Source: Verrucomicrobiota bacterium
GTDB lineage: Bacteria; Verrucomicrobiota; Verrucomicrobiia; Limisphaerales; Palsa-1400
DNA: 64,000 nucleotides
Assembly (NCBI GenBank): GCA_049510745.1
Contig: JBEKYR010000019.1
Location: 26,697 to 90,696 of the forward strand
Direction: 5' to 3'
The position numbers were made by a program, and so were the translations under genes. The notes below the pieces were generated by a model that saw only the letters and a program-made list of their open reading frames with translations, was not told where the DNA came from and did no database searches. Each line of letters starts with the position of its first letter. The first letter of the stretch is position 1. Positions 60,401 through 64,000 of this stretch are shown in pieces.

Positions 60401-61045
60401 ACCGCGGAGTCCGTCACCGCCCTGATGCGGCAGTTGACCTTTGCCACCGACAATACAAACACCAACTACCGCGTGATCCAGACGGCCCTGACCGTCGCCG
60501 GAAACACAGTGACGGCTCGGTACGAATTCACGCTGGACAGGCCGCCTGTGGCCGGCAACACCGTGATCACCGCCGCGCAAGGCGCAACCATCCAGTTTTC
60601 ATTCAGCCAGGTCTTGACTAACGCCTCCGATGCTGATGGCGACACCCTCACGATTGGCGACTTCAGCGACCTGTCCGCCAACGGCGGATGGGTGACCACC
60701 AACAACCTGGCCTTCACCTACGCTCCGCCGCAGGGGTTGACCGGCCAGGACCGGTTTGCCTGCATCGTTGCGGATGGCCGGGGTGGAGAGTGCGTGGGCG
60801 TCATCATCATCAACTTCAGGCCCACCAACAGCCTGAACATCAATATGTCGGCCGGCGAGAGCACGGGCGCCAAACTCACCATGGCCGGAATTCCCAATCG
60901 AGTTTATCAAATCCAGGCGTCCACGAACCTCGTGGTTTGGACAACCCTGAGCACCGTCACGGCTGACCCGGCGGGCATCATCGAATTTCTGGATGCCGCT
61001 GCGAAGGACTATCCGCACCGGTTCTACCGCGCAGTGGCGCAGTAG
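51422..61045 (+). CDS. Giant secreted adhesin-like protein: Ig domains, Gly-rich domain, >20 MBG-like repeats, cadherin-like domain
   Basis: Repeated LTVTA....R.YG..NP...G.Y.I......NY......GTLTV units; C-terminal STNL..W...FYRA. Start codon is uncertain (frame open from 51302). Confidence 0.9.
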   Translation: MKITALKRQTRRYALNQIELPAGRPEPVHADRRQVPTEWPDPPKALHLALLIIRGSLAALVAAGALCLPETGLAAPYYQSPTFTTQPASHAVSAGNTATFTAGASGSPVYQWYFAFNGVTNLIAGATDTSLNVPGNYINQGNYFCVASNSYGATTSSVVTLDVQYGWTSFNYTGYYEGYTVPPGVTNLAVDAIGSGAGSGGSDAGVCGGVGGPRIWFWGVVGVNDGGTVSMYLGGYGGNGENQVTGTGGGQGGWSAWTGGWNGGNGGAAGASGSSGGGGGGGPVSLIIFPSSLSNPDLVLGGAGGGGGGGSQGRCGTGQGEASYPLPSSDGYYPNDAYNGGQGATSFGDGGGGGGGGGGIWDPSWGGGFGNGDTVGGGGSGGYSFQPDNIVPPGNPWNYNYASDAQSSAMCAFRPAPLALISMPGTNIGVLSGQSLSLTAQIFTQDTVEYIAWYCNGNYYNEPTVNSLGNGVYNSTLDRGTGYTNGEVWTVQIETYLYSYWGEEIFPVAISTPTTVSVLLTAPVITSEPTNLTVFSSSNASFSVTATGAVPLSYQWWANEAEISGATNASFSLAGALMSDAGSYTVVVSNAYGSVTSSVAALTVNQTTPAVSAWPVASGIIYPQTLSASALLGGSGSVDGTFVFANPAAILNVGTNLVSVVFTPNDAADYATVNGAVAISVAQGVVGITALPTASPITFGQSLASSSLTNGSATVDGNFTFANNSVTPAGAGSYSAVVLFTATNTNYSVFTTNIAVTVNKATATVVLSGTNQNYSGTATSVTATPTPAGLEVDVTYNGSSIPPVTAGSYAVVATVNDTNYAGAATGTLLVGKIPLLVAAQNATNGYGATNAPFTVVANGFTNGETLNALSGSLTFTVEDTNNTVISVDTNTPAGTYTIIPGGLASSDYTITYTNGALTILPAILTVTADSLTNVYGSPMPALTWSYQGFTNGEGTNVLSGAPSLSTNLSSGSPVAGSPYAITITNGTLSASNYVFLFNCGTFTVLPAALGVNANSVTNVYGSPLPALTGSMAGVTNNDPLSVSFTTVATRSSNAGAYDILPLFNDPSLLANYTVTTNVGTFTVTPAPLLVTADNQTRAYGYANPTLTITYSGFAAGDDATKLDVAPIATTSATLTSLRGLYPISVGGGVSGNYTFTYVNGSLTVTKAPLTIVGNNASRPYGGANPAFSATITGAMNNDNITARFSTSATTNSAPGDYIIQLSVSDPGGKLGQYDTTLNSGILTVSGASLIGTVENVSRAYGQTNPVFTVTYGGFVNSQDASLVTGDLIFACTDTNGVSVDTNSPVGTYPILVAGGQTAPNYIIQYTNGTLTVTQAVLTVAANATNRVYGAANPSFTSIITGYVNGEDSNVLSGTLNIASPSDATSPVGTYSIIPSGVSATNYSIKFSNGELTVTQAPLFVSASNASRLYGQSNPTLTGSVTGLANNDNLGLTFVTAATPASPVGNYDIAPAFGDPDSKLSNYQLTNNNGTLTVGQAPLTVVAANQTRIYGQSNPTLTGTVSGVVNGDNITASYSTTATAESPVGSYSIVPLVNDPQSKLANYAVSSTDGTLAVTTASLVVTASYQTRVYGATNPTFTATFNGFVNGQTSSVLGGTLSVTSPADPASPTGTYPIIPGGLSASNYLISYANGTLTVSQAALTVTANPAARSYGATNPVFSATISGFVNGDNTNVISGQAALSTSAGVSSPVGTYGILAAQGNLSAVNYTFSFNNGTLTVTPASLTGSVQNAARAYGQTNPVFSVSYSGFVNSQDSGVVSGPIAFSCLDTNNAPVDTNTPVGVYPIDVITPQTAPNYTIGYVDGTLAVTQAVLTVSADPQSRLYGTTNPALTVTYSGFLNADGTNVISGQPDLSTAAYDASPVGSYAIVVGLGSLSATNYSFSLTNGTLTVGKALLTVTADNQTRLYGQTNPVFTVQYSGFVEGDNASVLSGAPTLSTSADTNTPVGTYDIVATNGNLTATDYALSFVNGTLTINPAPLTITANDATRQYGMTNPPFTVTPQGLVNGQTTNALAGTLTITTSANAHSNVGAYAIVPGGWTSSNYTLNFTNGTLTVSQAPLTVTANNTNRIYGQANPALTGTRSGIIYDDELTLSFGTAATAGSPVGPYAVFPIFADPQDKLGNYLVTTNTGTLTVSPALLTVTADDQTRAYGQPNPSLTVHYSGFANEDGPTNLNEQPIASTQASPTNFLGQYPITAGGGASSNYTFSYIAGALTVTQADLTVIGDDAARAYGQSNPVFTSTITGVANGDNITVGYSTIAVPASHPGGYVIELVMNDPDGKLGEYNLTLVSGTLTVTNAALVVTVDNQNRLYGQPNPPFTVQYNGFVNGQGTNTLRGALTFSCRDSLNNPAGTNTAVGSYPITAAGLTATNYTIQYVPGTLSIGRATLNVTAASAQRTYGANNPTFTATISGFVNGETASVLGGALSVTSPADHNSPTGAYSIIPSGLTSGNYAVNFHNGTLTVTPALLTGAVASVERAYGQTNPVFSISYSGFVNSQDSSVASGSLGFSCLDTNSAAVDTNTPVGAYPIHVTTPQTAPNYTITYVDGTLTVTQAVLLVTADNQSRLYGATNQTLSVTYSGFLNADGTNVISGQPDLSTAAYDASPAGNYDIVVGLGSLSATNYSFSLTNGTLTVGKALLTVTADNQVRLYGQSNPAFTVHYSGFVDGDQENVLSGAPALTTVADTNTPVGTYDIVATHGNLTATNYALSFVNGTLTINPAPLTITANDATRQYGMTNPAFTVTIQGFVNGETTNALAGTLTITSSTDPTSDVGAYAIVPAGWTSSNYTLDFINGALTVTQAPLTITANCAVRQYGTPNPVFGGTISGLLNGDVITASFTCSAIQSSPAGVYTIVASLDDPENYAVTLVNGSLTITVALIPTATPGFYVVGSAPVFVDTNASVTDGGNLNFNGGSLTITILTNATAQDALDIEPQGTGAGQIGVQSLNVTYGGAAFATFSGGQDLNPLVFLFNTNATAESVTALMRQLTFATDNTNTNYRVIQTALTVAGNTVTARYEFTLDRPPVAGNTVITAAQGATIQFSFSQVLTNASDADGDTLTIGDFSDLSANGGWVTTNNLAFTYAPPQGLTGQDRFACIVADGRGGECVGVIIINFRPTNSLNINMSAGESTGAKLTMAGIPNRVYQIQASTNLVVWTTLSTVTADPAGIIEFLDAAAKDYPHRFYRAVAQ

Positions 61046-61071
61046 CCGGCGGACTCGCCATCCAGGAGTTG

Positions 61072-61111
61072 TCCAGATGTTCTGAAAGGATCATGAGTGA
61101 GCGAAACATCA
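61072..61111 (+). repeat. Third, partial copy of the 3' end of the duplicated promoter/leader
   Basis: TCCAGATGTTCTGAAAGGATCATGAGTGAGCGAAACATCA matches ~44709-44748 and ~51277-51316. Confidence 0.75.
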
Positions 61112-61121
61112 GTTGTCTCCC

Positions 61122-62591
61122 ATGAATTCCCAGGATCTCTTAATACCAATGCGCGAGCCATCGCCGGCCGGGGATTCAACCCAAACCGCGGCTCGTGATG
61201 AAGGCGGGATAAAAAAGAAGAATCAAGACGCGCACAGGCCCGGCCACGACATGGGCATTGAGCGGGCGGAGGCGCGGACGAAGCAAGCCGAGGCGCGGAC
61301 GAAGCAAGCCGAGACGCGGACGAAGCAAGCCGAGACGCGGACAGAGCAAGCCGAGACGCGGACAGAGCAAGCCGAGACGCGGACGGAGCAGGCTGAGACG
61401 CGGACGGAGCAGGCTGAGGCGCGGACAGAGCAGGCTGAGGCGCGGACAGAGCAAGCCGAGACGCGGGGTGAGCAGGCGATACACGCCTCAGAACTGAGTT
61501 ATCGGCGGCTTTTCGAAGCGGCCAAGGATGGCATCCTGATTCTGGACGTTGAGACGGGACGCATCAACGATGTGAACCCTTACCTGGTTGAACTATTGGG
61601 ATTTTCCCGCAACGAAATGATCGGCAAGACCGTCGCGGAACTGAGTCCGTTCAAGGACATGGAGTCGAACAAGGTCATGCTTGGGCAGTTACAAAAGGAC
61701 GGATATGTCCGCCATGAGAACCTGCCGCTGGAAACGAGGGATGGCCGCCACATTGCCGTGGAGTTTGTCAGCAACGTGTATCAGGACGGTGAAAAGAGAG
61801 TGATTCAATGCAACATCCGCGACATCACGGAGCGCAAACGGCTGGAGGAACAGCTCCGCGTTCTCAACGCCGACCTGGAACAGCGCGTGGCCGAACGCAC
61901 CGCCCAACTGCAAGCCACCAACGAGGAACTGGAAGCGTTCAGCTACTCCGTCTCCCACGATTTGCGCGCGCCGCTGCGCCATGTCACGGGCTTCGCGGAT
62001 TTGTTGCGAAACGAGGCCGGGCCATCCCTTTCCGAAAAGGGCCTCTCTCATCTGCGGACGATTGCCCAAGCGGCGGAACGGATGGGGGATTTGATTGACG
62101 ACCTGCTGGCGTTCTCCCGCGCCGGGCGCGTGGTCCTGCAAAAAACGGACGTCAATCTCGACGAGTTGGCGCGGGAGATAATGAGGGAGTTTCAGGCGGA
62201 CACAACGGAACGAAACATCGTCTGGCACATCCACCCGCTGCCGACGGTGCGGGCCGACCATAACCTGCTGCGCCAGGTGCTGGCCAATCTGATCTCCAAT
62301 GCGGTCAAGTTCACCAGCCGTCGCACCCAGGCCACGATCGAAATCGGTTGCAGCGCCGACGCCAACGGGGGAACGGTGATTCTCGTTCGCGACAACGGGG
62401 CCGGGTTTGATCCGCGTTACGCGGACAAGCTCTTTGGCGTCTTTCAACGCCTGCACAACACCGTCGAGTTCGAGGGCACGGGCATCGGCCTGGCCAATGT
62501 CCAGCGCATCATTCGCCGGCACGGGGGACGGGCCTGGGCGGAAGGCGCGGTGGAGGGCGGCGCGACATTCTATTTTTCAATCCCAAAATAA
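61122..62591 (+). CDS. PAS histidine kinase with N-terminal heptad-repeat coiled coil
   Basis: PAS, SYSVSHDLRAPLR, DNGAGF, LFGVFQRLH and GTGIGLA. Confidence 0.92.
   Translation: MNSQDLLIPMREPSPAGDSTQTAARDEGGIKKKNQDAHRPGHDMGIERAEARTKQAEARTKQAETRTKQAETRTEQAETRTEQAETRTEQAETRTEQAEARTEQAEARTEQAETRGEQAIHASELSYRRLFEAAKDGILILDVETGRINDVNPYLVELLGFSRNEMIGKTVAELSPFKDMESNKVMLGQLQKDGYVRHENLPLETRDGRHIAVEFVSNVYQDGEKRVIQCNIRDITERKRLEEQLRVLNADLEQRVAERTAQLQATNEELEAFSYSVSHDLRAPLRHVTGFADLLRNEAGPSLSEKGLSHLRTIAQAAERMGDLIDDLLAFSRAGRVVLQKTDVNLDELAREIMREFQADTTERNIVWHIHPLPTVRADHNLLRQVLANLISNAVKFTSRRTQATIEIGCSADANGGTVILVRDNGAGFDPRYADKLFGVFQRLHNTVEFEGTGIGLANVQRIIRRHGGRAWAEGAVEGGATFYFSIPK
61266..61475 (+). repeat. 21-bp tandem repeat x10 encoding AE(A/T)RT(K/E)Q
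   Basis: Read directly in DNA and protein. Confidence 0.95.
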
Positions 62592-62603
62592 ACGGAGGCC
62601 TGA

Positions 62604-63140
62604 ATGAACGTGCGAAACATCCTGCTTGTGGAAGACGATCCGCGCGACGTGGATCTGACACTGGCCGCGTTGGACGAGCATAATCTGGCCAACAAGGTTC
62701 TGGTCGTCCACGACGGCGCGGAGGCCCTGGATTATCTCTACTGCCGTGGGAAATTCAAATCCCGCACCGGCGGCCATCCCGTCGTGGTCCTGCTGGATCT
62801 CAAGATGCCGAAGGTCAACGGACTGGACGTGTTGAAGACCATCAAGGCCGACGAGTGTTTGAAGGTCATACCTGTCGTCGTGCTTTCGTCCTCGCGGGAA
62901 ACGCCGGACTTGGTCGGGTGTTACCGGCACGGCGTCAACGCCTACGTGGTAAAGCCCGTCAATTTTGCCGACTTCATGAAGGCGGTCAAACAACTCGGGA
63001 TCTTTTGGGCCGCCATCAACGAGCCGCCCCCCGGCGCCTCGGGGGAAGATGGCGCGGTTCAAAATGGCCGAAAGGTTTTTCTCGGAAAGGAAGAAGTCAT
63101 CCATGAAATGCCCGCTCCACATCCTGCTTTTGGAGGATAA
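62604..63140 (+). CDS. Single-domain response regulator (Rcp1-like)
   Basis: ILLVEDD, LLDLKMPKVNG and NAYVVKPV. Confidence 0.92.
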   Translation: MNVRNILLVEDDPRDVDLTLAALDEHNLANKVLVVHDGAEALDYLYCRGKFKSRTGGHPVVVLLDLKMPKVNGLDVLKTIKADECLKVIPVVVLSSSRETPDLVGCYRHGVNAYVVKPVNFADFMKAVKQLGIFWAAINEPPPGASGEDGAVQNGRKVFLGKEEVIHEMPAPHPAFGG

Positions 63141-64000
63141 TGCAAACGATGCCGCGCTCATTCTTTCCATTTTGGAAGCCGAGGGCATCGCTTGTGCGGG
63201 CACCCGCGTGGAAAATCGCGATGATTTTGTGGCGGCGCTCGAACGCGGCGGCGTTGACTTGATCCTTTCGGACTGCTCCCTGCCCGCCTTCGACGGAATG
63301 TCCGCCTTGAAAATCGTGCGCGCCAAATGGCCGGCTATTCCTTTAATTTTTGTGTCCGGGACGCTGGGCGAGGAACGGGCCATTGATTCGCTCAAGAGCG
63401 GCGCGACAGATTATGTCCTCAAGGGACGTCTCTCGCGTCTTGTCCCCGCAGTGCGCCGCGCCATGCAGGAAGTCGAAGATCGGGCCGAGCACCTGCATTT
63501 GGTGGCGCAGTTTATCGAAGTGCAAAAGATGGAAGTGATCGGCCAGCTTGCCGGCGGCGTGGCCCATGACTTTAACAACATCCTTGCCGTCATCATGGGT
63601 TACAGCGATTTGACGATGGAGCATCTCGGCCCGGAGACGGTGCTCAGGGGCCATCTGGAGACGATTCGGGCGGCGGCCGAGCGCGCGGCCGGGTTGACCC
63701 GGCAACTGCTCATCTTCAGCCGCAAACAGGCCGTGCAACTCGTGGTCCTGGACCTCAACGAGGTGGTGACTGGCCTGGACAAAATGCTGCGGCGGCTCAT
63801 TGACGAGAACATCGAACTGACGGTTGTTCCCGGAAAACAAATCGGCCACGTCAAGGCCGACTCCGGCTACGTCGGACAGGTGCTGATGAACCTGGTGGTC
63901 AATGCCCGCGACGCCATGCCCAACGGCGGCAGGCTCACCATCGCCACAAACGATGCCACGCTCGATGAAAACTACGCGCGCGCCCACAAGGGGGCCATTC
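63103..64000 (+). CDS. Receiver + histidine kinase hybrid (3'-truncated by the window end)
   Basis: Missing from the ORF track because it has no stop in the window. Reads MKCPLHILLLED...DLILSD...GQLAGGVAHDFNN...NLVVNARDAMP. Confidence 0.9.
   Translation, partial: MKCPLHILLLEDNANDAALILSILEAEGIACAGTRVENRDDFVAALERGGVDLILSDCSLPAFDGMSALKIVRAKWPAIPLIFVSGTLGEERAIDSLKSGATDYVLKGRLSRLVPAVRRAMQEVEDRAEHLHLVAQFIEVQKMEVIGQLAGGVAHDFNNILAVIMGYSDLTMEHLGPETVLRGHLETIRAAAERAAGLTRQLLIFSRKQAVQLVVLDLNEVVTGLDKMLRRLIDENIELTVVPGKQIGHVKADSGYVGQVLMNLVVNARDAMPNGGRLTIATNDATLDENYARAHKGAI

Noticed and set aside
61266..61475. CRISPR array here or at the 27 kb, 29 kb and 36.6 kb repeats
   Set aside because: Tandem or inverted repeats without unique spacers; no cas genes in the window.

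Overview
GC-rich bacterial window, probably Verrucomicrobiota (Pedosphaera-like; inferred from secreted-protein C-termini and gene content). It has three parts. (1) 1-16.6 kb is a selenium neighbourhood. It holds the 3' part of selD fused to a CxxC AhpD/CMD domain, a tRNA-Sec (selC), and three ORFs that the ORF track ends at TGA but that look like unannotated selenoproteins. Two are related exported proteins with FEFG-U-GxxC-SxSWR; the third is a small membrane protein ending CPT-U-IR directly downstream of selC. All three TGAs are followed by the same hairpin with an RUGGC loop at exactly +21..+25, with covarying stems. This is the main finding. A VapBC pair, a lone GHKL ATPase and sugar-nucleotide genes are interspersed. 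(2) 16.7-36.8 kb holds secreted proteins, a GH106 enzyme plus sugar isomerase, an HDOD fusion, an orphan restriction-type nuclease, proB, mazG, an aminopeptidase, a LysR regulator, a hybrid kinase lacking its H-box His, a RES-Xre toxin-antitoxin pair and several palindromic repeat elements. (3) 37-64 kb holds a sigma54-controlled gas vesicle cluster with Hsp20, CDC48 and ArsA-type accessory genes. It is followed by a ~3200-aa repeat adhesin carrying a duplicated copy of the gvpA promoter, and by a two-component cassette. All calls come from reading motifs by eye; no searches were run.
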